Both the position numbers and the translations under genes were made by a program. Shown piece after piece: positions 49,612 to 61,814 of a stretch of DNA of 64,000 nucleotides (its first letter is position 1; each line of letters starts with the position of its first letter). The notes under the pieces were generated by a model, which made no database searches, was not told the origin of the DNA, and saw nothing but the letters and a program-made list of their open reading frames with translations. Location: the NCBI RefSeq assembly GCF_963921235.1, contig NC_086097.1, positions 184,326,001 through 184,390,000 on the forward strand. The letters run 5' to 3'. Origin of the DNA: Mobula hypostoma (Eukaryota).

Positions 49612-50395
49612 TACAAACGTACATGAGAAAGTCTGCAGATGCTGGAAATCTGAAGCAACACACACAAACAGCTGGAGGAACTTAGCAGGTTAGTCAACAT
49701 CTTTGGAAATGAATAGATAGGAGACATTTTGGGCTGAGACTCTTCATCAGAATTGAGATGGAAGGGGAAGATGCCAGAATAAAAAGATGGAGGGAGGAGA
49801 AGAAGGCTAGCTGGAAGGTGATAGGTGAAGCGAGGTGGTTGGGAAAGGTCAAAGGCTGGAGAAGAAGGAATCTGATAGGAGAGGAGAGTGGACCACAGGA
49901 GAAAAGGAGGGAGGAGGGGAGTCAGGAGGAAGTAATAGGCAGGTGAGAAGAAGTAAAAGGTCAGAGTGGAGAATAAAGGAAGGTGGTGGGGTGGGTGGAG
50001 GGGGAAGAATTTGTTTACCAGAAGAGGAGATCAATATTCATGCCATCAGATTGGAGGGTACCCAGACGGAATATAAGGTGTTGCTCCTAAAACCCTAAGG
50101 GTAGTTTCATCTTCGCACAAAACAAGGCCATGAACTGACATGTTCAGAACGGGAATGGGAATGGGAATGTTTGGCCAACGGGAAGTCCTGCATATGGCAG
50201 ATGGAGTGGAGGTGCTCGACGAAGCGATTCTCCAATTTTAGACGGGTCTCACCAATGTAGAGGGGGGCGCATCGGGAGTACCTGACATAATAGGTGACCC
50301 CAGCAGATTTACGGGTGACGTGTTGCCTCACCTGGAAGGACTGTTTGGGGCCCTGAATGGAGGTGAGGGAAGAGGTGTATGGGCAGGTATAGCAC
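49612..50395 (-). mobile_element. PLE 3' fragment (GIY-YIG and terminus, decayed hammerhead)
   Basis: GVTYYVRYSRCAPLYIGET; minus strand CTGATGAAGAGTCTCAGCCCAAAATGTC, with GAAA mutated to AAAA. Confidence 0.9.
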
Positions 50396-50474
50396 TGAGG
50401 CTATATGATCTCCAAGTTCAGGCTGGCTAACACCAAATGTAGATAAGCCAGTTAAAACAAGCTCAGTTGCTATA

Positions 50475-50800
50475 AACATAGAATATAGAATAGTACAGCA
50501 CGGGAACAGGCCCTTCAGCCCTCAATGTAATGCTGAATCAATTAAATTAGTAATCTAAACCAATCTCGCCTGCCTACACAATATCCATATCCTTCCATTT
50601 TCTTCACATGCGTGTGCCCATGTAAACATCCTTTAGAAGTCTCTAATGTTTCTGCCTCTACCAGCACCCCAGGCAGTGCGCTCCAAGCACGCTCCACTCA
50701 CTGTGTAAAAAACTTGCTCCTTACATCTCCTTTGAAATGATCCCCTCACCCCTTAAATGCATGCTGTCTGGTAGTAGACATTTCAACCCTTTGAAAAAGG
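50475..50800 (-). mobile_element. CR1 3' end
   Basis: CATAGAATATAGAATAGTACAGCACGGGAACAGGCCCTTCAGCC tail. Confidence 0.85.
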
Positions 50801-51424
50801 TATACTTTCTTGATATTTCAAGAAAAGCCTACTCCCCTCTCCCTACATTTGTAAATTTTGGTGCTTTGGTTTCTATAGAATTTATTCCTCTTTCAATTAT
50901 TCCATTTGAGGTAGTGAATTATATTTCACTTTTATGTAAACTCACCAGTACATGGTAAAAAAAGGCTGGTAAACAAAATATTGGTCTATATAAATGATAA
51001 TATCAGAGTCATTACCAGCACCTGTTATCCAGAAAAAAATGACAGCAGTATAATTCTGATTTCCTGCCTCCTCCCACACTGACCTCTCGGTACTTAGTCG
51101 CCTACAGAATTTTAATAAACCTTGTTAAATGTCTGAAGAATAGCACCCCATCTTTCAATTAATATTGTCACCATTTTCATATCATAACCATTGCTCATTT
51201 TTTTTGGATAAAGCAATAGCTGCTGCAACCTCTATTGTAACTTTATCCATCTACGGATGTGGGTTAATACTCAGCTGGGAAACTAACCTTTGATGATTGA
51301 CAGAGAAATGTGATAGTACTGAAAGCTTCAGGGCTTCTTTTACAAATCTCTGAGGTGTGTAATTTAGCTTAAGTTCTGTGCTTTGTATTATTATTTTCTC
51401 TTCAAGTGCTTATTTTGACTGTTT

Positions 51425-52645
51425 GATTGTTTTGATTATTTAATGTTTAATGTAATTTCCTGTACAGAAGTGTAAAGGAGAATGAAATAATTGTTACTCT
51501 GGATCAGATGCAGCACAAAAAAAACATAATAAATATAAATACTTAAGATAGTTTATTTACATAGATTGATTGTATGTCCATAAAGTAATGCTAGGCACAG
51601 GAATATCTATACATAAGGTGGCAGACAGGAAATGATAAAGTCGTGGCGGTGGAGGGTGTCGAGGGGTTGGTTAGTGCATGGAGATGTGGTCTGCCTTATT
51701 ACCTGAGGAAAGTGCTGTAATTGTATTTGATTCTGGTGGTCCTGATGTGGATGCAATGTAGCCTCCTCCCTGATGGGAGTAGGACTAGCAGTCCATGAGC
51801 AGGGCATGTGGGATTCTTCATGATATTACTGGCCCTTTTCTGGCACCTTTCTGTGCATATGTCCTTAATGGAGGGTAGGTTAGTGCTATTGATGTGTTGG
51901 GCGTTTTCGACTACCTGTTGTAGAGTCTTTCTGTCTGCCGCAGTGCAGTTTCAGTACAGTAGCCATGTTAGGATGCTCTATGCCGTGCATCTGTAAAATG
52001 ATGTGAGTGTAGATGTGTATCGTTCAGCCCTCTTCAGCTTCCTCACAAAGCAGATGCATTAGTGAGCTTTTCTGATTGTGTGGAATGTGTTCTGAGACCA
52101 TGAGAGGTTGTGTGAGATGTGCACTCCCAGAAGCTTGAAACTGCTCACTGTTTCTACTGCTGTGCCACTGATGTAACGAGGACTGAGTGGTGAGAGTTCT
52201 CCTGAAATCAATAACCATCTCCTTTGCCTTGTTGACATAACGGAGGGGTTATTTGCATGGCACCAAGCCTCGAGCTCTTCCACCTCCTCTCTGCAGGCCG
52301 TCTTATCATTGTTGGTAATGAACCCCACCACTGTCGTGCGATCAGCGAAATTGACAATGTGATTACTCAAGTATTTAGCTGTGCAGGCGTGTGTGAGCAG
52401 AGTGTACAGCTATATGCTCAGCACACAGCCTGGGAACACTCGTGCTGAGGATGTTGGGGAGGGAGGAGCGGTTGTGTATCCTGACTATCTGGGGGTCTGT
52501 TGGTTAGTAAATCCAACACCCAGTTACACAGTGGTGTATTTAGACTGAGGAACAGGGGTTTGTTCACCAAGGTCTGTGGGATAATAGTGCTGAATGCTGA
52601 ACTAAAATCCTGAATCATCATTCTGACATAAATGTTCCCGTTATT
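51425..52645 (-). mobile_element. Rex1 RT fragment
   Basis: [35 protein letters not shown]. Confidence 0.88.
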
Positions 52646-53887
52646 AGTAGGCCTTGTTCACTTTATGCATATTTTCCATGACCATTTTTCCCATGAAACA
52701 GAATCATACGATATGTATAATAGGTTCTTAATTCATTGCTGCCCTTGTATGCTAGATGGTGTTGTCCACCCAGAGTACCTTAAGGTAAATTAATACGAAT
52801 TATGTTGACATCAGAAGATACAAGTGTCTGTAATGTGAATTCAAGGCACACCAATTCACAGTTATAAGGGTATATTCTAATAATCAATACACAATGTCAA
52901 GAGGAAACTTCGCTTCTGGAGTAATTTTGATGCTATGGTGATTTGCAAAAGTTTAGTTAAGTGTATTAAAATTCTGCATTTAGGAAAATTCCAAATAATT
53001 AATTTTCCCTGGTATTATTTGTTATTATTTATGGATAAAGTTGTCTATGTCTTCTCTGGAAGATGTGTGGTGCATTGAATGTATATTAAGTGACACATTA
53101 AAAATCTCAAAATAAACCAGCTTGCCAAAATTTGCTACCAATTGACTTCCTCCAGTGTATAAACTTTGAAAAGGAAACACCTGTGTAAATTCATGCACTG
53201 TTACTCAGGGGATTTGTTTTCCTTCTCACATTCTGTAAATGTTTTCAGGATAGATGGAAAACCTGGTATAAACCTATTAATATGGATAATCACTTAAAAG
53301 AGTTTAAATATCTGCCTTTCTTTTGGTTTTAAAATATTTTTGAAAATAAAGCAGTCAAAAGTGCTTTAATTTTACAAATTTAACTTTTATGTGATTTAGC
53401 TTCAATAGAATCTACTATTTTGTAGTGTTTTTCCAAAATGGTTCACAATATCAAACCATGCACTTGCTAAATGTCAGACACTTTTCCAGATGACAATAAT
53501 TAACACCTCAGGCTTTGAATGTTGGATTTGGTCTTGATGTATCCTGAATGGTAACTTTACTTCCTATAGGAAAATACCTTCCTTCCATTCTTTACAGAAA
53601 TTCTTTGTAGGGTCTCCCTCAGGACTAAGGACGAACCCTTTCCTCTCCAGGTTGCACTGGTTCTGAGGTGATCAATGACGTCAATATGGGAAAAGCAGAC
53701 TGTTCCATGGAAAATGCTACCAGGATGGACAGGAGTGTGGTTTATGAGTTGCTTCAATTCCTCTGATATGCTTATACCATGTTTCCATTTTCTCCCAATG
53801 CACAGACATAGAATACAGAAAAGTACAGCAAGGCTACAGGGCCACAATGTCATGGTCAATACTATGTTGAATTCTCTGTCTTCACTT

Positions 53888-54567
53888 ATTAGATTAGATT
53901 AGATTATAAGGACACGCAGTCCTCTTTTATTGTCATTTAGTAATGCATGCATTAAGAAATGATACAATGTTCCTCCAGTATGATATCATAGAAACACAAG
54001 ACAAACCAAGGCTAAAACTAACAAAAACCACATAATTATAACATATAGTTACAACAGTGCAAAGCAATACCGTAATTTGATAAAGAACAAACCACGGGCA
54101 TGGTAAAAAAAAGTCTCAAAGTCTCTCAGAGTCCCAACATCTCATGCAGATGGTAGAAGGGAGAAACCCTCCCTGCCATGAACCTCCAGCGCTGCAAACT
54201 TGCCGATGCAGCACCCCGGAAGCACCCGACCACAGACGACTCTTGAGTCCATCCGAAAGCTTCGAGCCTCCGACCAGCCATCCGACATCGAGCATCCAGC
54301 ACCATCTTTGCCGAGCGCTTCGACCTGGGCCCCGGCAACAGGCAACAGGCAAAGCCGAGGATTTGGGGCCTTCCCCTCAGAGATTCTCGATCCCACAGCA
54401 GCAGCGGCAGCGAAGCAGGCATTTCAGAAGTTTCTCCAGATGTTCCTCTGTGCTTCTCATGTCTGTCTCCATCAAATCAGGATTGTGCACAGCCCCTACT
54501 TACAAATACGATATCATTTCGGAGCGGCCACGCGCCCTGCGTTGCACCGCCATCTTCTCCTCCCCTC
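53888..54567 (-). mobile_element. Young non-autonomous retro-element (AAGATGGCGG head, Rex1-type tail)
   Basis: Minus strand starts GGAGGAGAAGATGGCGG; CpG-rich non-coding body; ends AATGACAATAAAAG...(TAATC)n. Confidence 0.7.
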
Positions 54568-54619
54568 CAGAGTCCTCTTCAGTATCTTCTTGCACAATAT
54601 GGTGAACATCTACTGAATG

Positions 54620-55245
54620 CAGTGGGGTAGCCTCCAGAGAAATGGTAGATGGGGATAAATCTGGACAAGGGTGAGGTGCCACACTTTGGGAGATTCAACA
54701 TAAAGGGAAAGTGCATTTATTGGTAGGATCCTTAACAGTATTAATGAACAGCGGGATGCTGGGGTTGAGTACATAGTTCCCTAAGAAGGGCTGCTCAGGC
54801 TGACGTGGCAGAATGTTTGCCTTCATTAGGTGTGGCACAGAGTTCAAGAGCCAGGGAGTTATGTTACAGCTTTATAAAACTCTGGTTAGGCCACACTTAG
54901 ACCACTGTACTTGGTTCCAGTTATCTCATTACAGGAAAGGTGTGATGGATTTGGAGAGGGTGCAGAGCAGGGTTTACCACAGGACAATATGCTGTGAGGA
55001 GAGGTTGGACAACTGCGGCTGTTTCCTCTGGAGTGGCAGAGGCTGAGGGAAGATTTGATAGAACTTTATTATAAATTGATGCAATGCCCAGATAGAACAG
55101 ATAGCCAGTATACTTCACCAGGACATTCACTACTGAAGGACATGTAATAAAGGTGAGAAGGAAAAAGTGCAAAGGAAATGCATGAGGCAGGTTTTTTACA
55201 CAGAGAATAATGAGAGCTGGAATGTGCTGGCTAGGGTTGTGGTTA
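54620..55245 (+). mobile_element. Old CR1 3' fragment
   Basis: VMLQLYKTLVRPHLDHC, DLERVQ. Confidence 0.85.
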
Positions 55246-55560
55246 AATATATATGCATACATATATATATATGATATATTCAATTAAATAAATAGTACAA
55301 AAAATGAAAAAATAATAGTGAGGTAGTGTTCATGGGTTCATTATCCATTCAGAAATCTGATGGTGGAGGGTAAGAAGCTGTTCCTAAAATGCCGAGTCTG
55401 TGTCTTCAGGCTCCTGTACTTCCTCCTTGATGGTAGCAATGAGAAGAAAGTATGTCCTGGGTGATTATGGTCCTTAATGATGACTAATGCTGCCTTTTCG
55501 AGGCATCACTTTTTGAAGATGTCCTCATTGCTGTTAGTGTCCATCATGGAGCTGTCTTAC
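55246..55560 (-). mobile_element. Rex1 3' fragment
   Basis: Same tail family as 29704 and 45251. Confidence 0.8.
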
Positions 55561-55689
55561 AACTGAATGTGCCAAAAAGAGAGGAATATGGTCAATGTGA
55601 GGAAAGAAGGACTAAATTAATTGGTTTAATTACTTCAGGACAATATCAAGGGCTGAAGGACTTGTCCTTTGCTCCATGTTCCACTGGGA

Positions 55690-55945
55690 GCAACTTCAAG
55701 TGTAAGATTTGCAGAAGTCAGCTGGGATGTTGCACTTCTTCAAAGAATTCTTTGAATCCTTTCTTCTATCCTCCTGGCAATCTCTTCCTGTGACAACTAG
55801 TAATAGACTATCTAGTTTGGGAGTCTTATGTCAGTTATCAACTAACATGGCCTGCCCAGTCGAACCAACAGGGATTAATTAGGGACTCAGTGCTGGGGAT
55901 ATTGGCCTGGGAGATGACATGATACTGGTTTATGTATCTGTTCTT
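55690..55945 (-). mobile_element. RTE fragment
   Basis: Homologous to 30480-30680 (CCTGCCCAGTCGAACCAA..GTGCTGGGGATATTGGCC). Confidence 0.55.
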
Positions 55946-56064
55946 TGAAGTAAATGGAGAGAATGCTGGAAACACTCTTAAATAAGATTGCTACAAAGAG
56001 AAAGAGTTAATTTTTCAGGTCTAAGATGTTTCATCAGAACCAGGAAAGTGGGAAAGGAAGTTAA

Positions 56065-56887
56065 AAACGCCATCCCCTTCTCGCAATTCCTCCGTCTCTG
56101 CCGCATCTGCTCTCAGGATGAGGCTTTTCATTTTAGGACGAGGGAGATGTCTTCCTTTTTTAAAGAAAGGGGCTTCCCTTCCTCCACTATCAACTCTACT
56201 CTTAAACGCATCTCCCCCATTTCACGTACATCTGCTCTCACTCCATCCTCCCACCACCCCACTAGGAATAGGGTTCCCCTGGTCCTCACCTACCACCCCA
56301 CCAGCCTCCGGGTCCAACATATTATTCTCCGTAACTTCCGCCACCTCCAACGGGATCCCACCACTAAGCACATCTTTCCCTCCCCCCCCCCTGCATTTCG
56401 CAGGGATCGCTCCCTACACAACTCCCTTGTCCATTCGTCCCCCCCATCCCTCCCCACTGATCTCCCTCCTGGCACTTATCCGTGTAAGCGGAACAAGTGC
56501 TACACATGCCCTTACACTTCCTCCCTTACCACCATTCAGGGCCCCAAACAGTCCTTCCAGGTGAGGCATCACTTCACCTGTGAGTCGACTGGGGTGATAT
56601 ACTGCGTCCGGTGCTCCCGATGTGGCCTTTTATATATTGGTGAGATCCGACGCAGACTGGGAGACCGCTTTGCTGAACATCTACGCTCTGTCCGCCAGAG
56701 AAAGCAGGATCTCCCAGTGGCCACACATTTTAATTCCACATCCCATTCCCATTCTGACATGTCTATCCACGGCCTCCTCTACTGTAAAGATGAAGCCACA
56801 CTCAGGTTGGAGGAACAACACCTTATATTCCGTCTGGGTAGCCTCCAACCTGATGGCATGAACATCGACTTCTCTAACTTCCGCTAA
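56065..56887 (+). CDS. Partial PLE ORF: RT C-terminus, Cys linker and GIY-YIG endonuclease
   Basis: IPFSQFLRLCRICS, VPLVLTYHP, CKRNKCYTC, GVIYCVRCSRCGLLYIGE, LGSLQPDGMN; no genuine start codon. Confidence 0.85.
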
Positions 56888-57185
56888 GGCCCCACCTCCC
56901 CCTCGTACCCCATCTGTTTCTCATTTTTATGCACACATTCTTTCTCTCACTCTCCTTTTTCTCCGTCTGTCCCTCTGAATATACCTCTTGCCCATCCTCT
57001 GGGTCACCCCCCCACCTCCTTGTCTTTCTTCCCGGACCTCCTGTCCCATGATCCTCTCGTATCCCCTTTTGCCTATCACCTGTCCAGCTCTCGGCTCTAT
57101 CCCTCCCCCTCCTGTCTTCTCCTATCATTTTGCATATCCCCCTCCCCCTCCAGCTTTCAAATCCCTTACTCACTCTTCCTTCAGT

Positions 57186-57223
57186 TAGTCCTGACGAAGG
57201 GTCTCGGCCTGAAACGTCGACTG
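57186..57223 (+). ncRNA. Minimal type I hammerhead ribozyme in PLE terminus
   Basis: TAGTC-CTGACGA-AGGGTCTCGGCCT-GAAAC-GTC-GACTG; predicted cleavage after C57218. Confidence 0.8.
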
Positions 57224-57529
57224 CGCCTCTTCCTATAGATGCTGCTTGGCCTGCTGCGTTCACCAGCAACTTTGATGTATAAAGGAAGTTAATTGTAAGT
57301 TTCAGAGAGGGTTGGTAGAGGGATGAATGGGACAGAGGGAATATATCTGGTAGGGTGGGACCAGGATCACCATCGTGATCCTGCTGCATACAGAGTTGAG
57401 GTGAATGCACATTTCTTCACACTGGCGTCATGTACATATATTGTAATGTCGCTGTTAGGATGGTTGTTCTGTTTGATATTCAGTATATTAGTAATCTGGA
57501 CTTGGCAACATAGAACATGAAGTCAAGGT

Positions 57530-58670
57530 CTGAAGATGATGTAAGATTTGTACACAGTAAAGAGATTAACCGGCTTGAGGAGTATACTCTGGTGAAATAG
57601 GCAAGCAGATGGAGATGAAATTTAATGCCGAAAAGTATAAAATGATCCAGTTTGTCAGGAAGAATAATGAGGGAAAGTATAAACTAAAGGATACAATTTT
57701 AAAGAATGTGCAGATTGAGGGAACTGTAGGTGATACATGAAGACAGTGGGTATCGATAGCAGTTTAAAAGATGAACACATGAATGTGATGGAAAAGGAGG
57801 TATATGGACAGTGTATGGGCAGAAGGAATTAGTTTAGCTGAGCATTTGATTACTAACTTAATTAGTTTGGTGCAGGTTTGTTAGCCATAGGGGCTATTCT
57901 TGTGATGTACCACTCTGTGTTCTATGTTCTAAAGCAGTGGGTATAGATAACAGTTAAAAGATGGGCAGCATTTTGTAACGGAGCAGAGAAACAAATGCAC
58001 TGGAACATTACCCTCTCTCATCTGTATACCTATCCAAACTTCTCAAATGTAACAACTGAACTGACATCCATCACTTCTGCTGGCAGCTCGTTCCACACTC
58101 ACACCATCCTTTTAATTAAGTAGTTCCCCCTCACATTCTACTTAAATATTTTTTACCTTTCACCCTAAACGTATGATCTCTAGTTGTAGTCTCATCTGAC
58201 TTGAGGGAAAAAGTCTATGTGCATTCCCTTCATAGTTTTGTACACCCCTATAAGATCTCCCCTCATCCTCCTGCTCTCCAAGCTATAAAGTCTTAACCTA
58301 CTCAACCTGTAACTCAGATCCTCAAGTCCCAGCAATACTTGTGTTATTTTTCTTTGCATTCTTTCAAGCGTAGTGATATATTTCCTGTAGGTAGGCGACT
58401 AGAAGTGCACACAATATCTAAATTTGGCCTCACCAAAGTCTTTTGCAACTTCAACATAACACCCCAACTTCTGTATTCAATGCCCTAATTTATGAGCCAA
58501 ACAGCTCTCCTTATAAGTCTATCTAGCTGTGATCTCCCTTTCAAGGAATTGTGATCTGTATTCCCAGGTCCCTTTGTGCTGCCGTGCACCCAAGTGACCT
58601 ACCATTCACTGTATATGTCTTCCTCTAGTTTATCCTTCCAAAGTGCAACAGCTTACATTCATCTGCATTA
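57530..58670. mobile_element. Cluster of CR1 fragments (plus 57530-57934; minus 58010-58670)
   Basis: GATGGAGATGAAATTTAATGCCGAAAAGT; tail CTCTGTGTTCTATGTTCTA; reverse-complement CR1 ORF2 end. Confidence 0.75.
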
Positions 58671-59182
58671 AATGTTTTCACAACTTTCCTTTACAAACCT
58701 TTGGCAGTTAATAATACTTACTTCACTAAGGAGACTTACTGTCTTTCTGGAAACAACAGATTTGCATGTTAAATTAAAATAATTTAAGATTTTGAGACAG
58801 AACCTGCAAGAATGCAATTGCTGACTATTATGGTTCCCGTAACTGCCACACTCACCTGAAATTTTGTGTTTTGCTTTCAGGGATCAAGAGTCAAATGTCT
58901 GGATTTCTTTTGTGCTCTCAGAGCCCGATATATTTATTTTGTTTTCTGATTCTTAAGGGGCTGCATTAACTGAAGAGTCCATGGATGTGTGATCATTCTA
59001 AACTGTGATCATGCTGCCTGTGCCCTAACATGAACTTATTACCATCATTTTTGATAATGGGCATTGGTTTCTAGTTATAGCTTGATTACAAAATCCCAAC
59101 TTTTGTTAAAATTCTGCCATCACTTTCAATCACTTCAAATTGTTGACTTCTTTCACCCTTCAAAACTATCTATAACCATCCA

Positions 59183-60403
59183 AATCTGACTATTGTCTAT
59201 CACAACAACAGTTCTACAGAGGATGCAATCTCACTGGCTCTCCACTCAGCTTTGGATCACCTGGACAATAGCATAATCTATGCCAGGCTGCTGTTTATTG
59301 ATCAGGCTGCATTCAACACAATCATACCCTCAGTACTAATCATCGAGCTCCAAAACCTAGGCCTTTGTACCTCCCTTTCCAATTGGTTCCTTGACTTCCT
59401 CATCGGAAGACCACAATCAGGACTGATTGGAGATACTATCTCCTCACTAACTGGATGCGTGCTTAGCCCACTGCTCTACTCTCTGCACCCATGACTATGT
59501 GACTAGGCACAGCTCAGATGCTATTTGTAAATTTGCCGATGACACAATTATTCTTGGCAGAAGTTCAGATGGTGATAAGGAGGCGTACAGGAGTGAGATA
59601 GATCAGCGGCTTGAGTGGTGTCACAACAATAACTTTACACTCAACATTAGTAAGACCAAGGAATTAATTGTGGATTTCAGGAAAGGGAAGTTGAGGGTAC
59701 ACACACCAATCCTCATTGAGGGATCAGCAGTGGAAAGGATGAGCAGTTTCAGGATCCTGGGTGTCAACATCTCTGAAGATCTATCTCGGGCCGAACATGC
59801 TGATGTGATTACAAAGAAGGCATCACAGAGGCTGTATTTCATTAGGAGTTTGAGGGGATTTGGTACGAGACTCTAGCAAATTTCTACAGATATACCATGG
59901 ACAGTATTCTAACTGGTTGCATCAGCATCTGGTAATCTAGTATGGAGAGACCACTGAACATGATTAGTAAAAGCTGCAGAAAATCGTAAACTCAGCCAGC
60001 TCCTTCATGAGCACTAGCCTCCTTAGCAATGAGGACAACTTCAAAAGGAGATGCCTCGAGAGGTCGGCATCCATCATGAAGGACCCCCATCACCCAGCAC
60101 ACGTCCTCTTCTCGTTGTGACCATCAAAGAGGAGCTACACGAGCCTAAAGACACACACTCAACATTTTAGGAACGACTTCTTCCCCTCCGTCATCAGGTT
60201 TCTGAATTAACAGTGAACCCATGAACTCTACATCATTACTTATTTTGCTCTTTTTGTCACCACTTATTTAATTTAATTTATATATATATTTCTTATAATA
60301 ATTTATAGTTTTTTTATTATGTATTGCAATGTACTGCTTCTGTAAGTAAAAACAAATTTCACAATTTATGCCAGTGATATTAAACCTGATTCTGATCTGA
60401 TTC
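59183..60403 (+). mobile_element. Rex1 RT and 3' end
   Basis: [32 protein letters not shown]; tail AAACCTGATTCTGATCTGATTC. Confidence 0.92.
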
Positions 60404-61108
60404 CAATCATCTCTGACTTTTGTTTGTTAGCAATTCACTGCCACATCTTTTGCTGCCTATACTGTTCAGCTGCCTAAAAATAGTCGTTAAATCTCCCATT
60501 GCCTCCCAACAACGGGCCTTGGAAACTGTTCATGTGGCTGTATTAAATTTTGTTTAAAAATCATGTCGTGATATTAAATATTTTGTATATCTTTCTTGCT
60601 GTCATTGGTTGAAGTACGATCTCAAGATTTCCAATGACTACCATGGCACTTAAATGTCTTGTTTATCTCTGAACACTTGCATCCTTGCAAGACAGTTTTA
60701 TCACTGTTGTTTAGTTTTAGTCAGATATTTTATTAATTTCAAATAGATAATTTTGCATTGATCTTCTTAATACTGAGACATTGTTCTAATTTCTGGCATG
60801 CTGTATAATGAAACAATTACACATAAACATCTGTTTTCATTTAATTCTTTCCTATTTATAATATTGCACAGCTTTCTGGTAAAGTAATCAGAGATGTCTG
60901 TCAAAGTGAACAGTGCTATGGTATGTTTGGAGCTATTTTTTGTGTAGATCTGGATTTCATAACCATAAATTTATCTTTTTTTTATATACTGAGAGCACAT
61001 TGTACTCTTCAAAGTTAATTTGTTCTCATTCCTGTCAAGTTCAATTCTGTTGACTGCAAATTCACACTTTATGCAACTTAAAAATAAAAACAGATTTTTA
61101 AGCTATCT

Positions 61109-61270
61109 ATTTTTTTTAACCTGAGAGCCATTTGGAGAGATTTCACCAAATAAAATGTCTGCCCTGTAGAAATAATTCATTTGCATTTTTATTTTTTGAC
61201 CTGAGAGCATTTTAAAGATATTTGACTAAATAAAATGTTTCCCCTGTAGAAATGATTCATTTCCATTTTG
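61109..61270. repeat. ~80-bp diverged tandem duplication
   Basis: CCTGAGAGC...AAATAAAATGT...CCCTGTAGAAAT.ATTCATTT.CATTTT at 61120 and again at 61200. Confidence 0.9.
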
Positions 61271-61814
61271 TCAATACTTTTGTGAAGCACAGGAATTCCT
61301 ATAATTCCAGATTCTTGAACTAAATGGAAAAGAAAAGAGGAGTGTAATTTGGACTTTGTGCTTTGCTGTTGCTCAGACGAATTTTACTCTCAGTTTTCAT
61401 TTCTCCTCTTCTGTCGTCATCTGATTAGTACCTGTTTAGAAAAATAAATACTGTACAAGTCGAAGTTTTGGTAACAGTAGATTTTAGAATTTCTTCCTTT
61501 CTGTTAACAATGTAACCTTTAATGGTAAGTGATTAGAAATGCTTTTTAATTCACAGTAAGTCTCCAGCTGACAGAAGATTAATTGGGTGGGGTGTTTTAC
61601 ATGTTGATCAAAGATTTGCTGTATCAGATAGAACAGTATGAATGTAGGTTCAGCAGATTGGTATGGAATAACTTGCTGGCAGGATGGCAATATCTGTTTC
61701 TATAAAATTTCCATGTCACTTATACATATTTATTAGGATACGGTTAACCAGGGTTTAACTGAATAGAATAACAAATAAATGGTGTAACCAAACATGCCCT
61801 GGTTAATGAACTTT

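Larger units (their letters stand above)
56065..57280 (+). mobile_element. Young Neptune-type PLE, 5'-truncated
   Basis: Uninterrupted RT-thumb, linker and GIY-YIG frame; terminus with hammerhead; 12-bp perfect TSD AAAGGAAGTTAA (56053-56064 / 57281-57292). Confidence 0.96.

Noticed and set aside
53557-53902. Overlapping ORFs in unique sequence
   Set aside because: No recognisable domain or supporting gene structure.
55988-56887. 299-aa ORF as a host or domesticated nuclease gene
   Set aside because: The first ~26 codons are flanking DNA with a TTG start; the rest is a 5'-truncated PLE bounded by a TSD.
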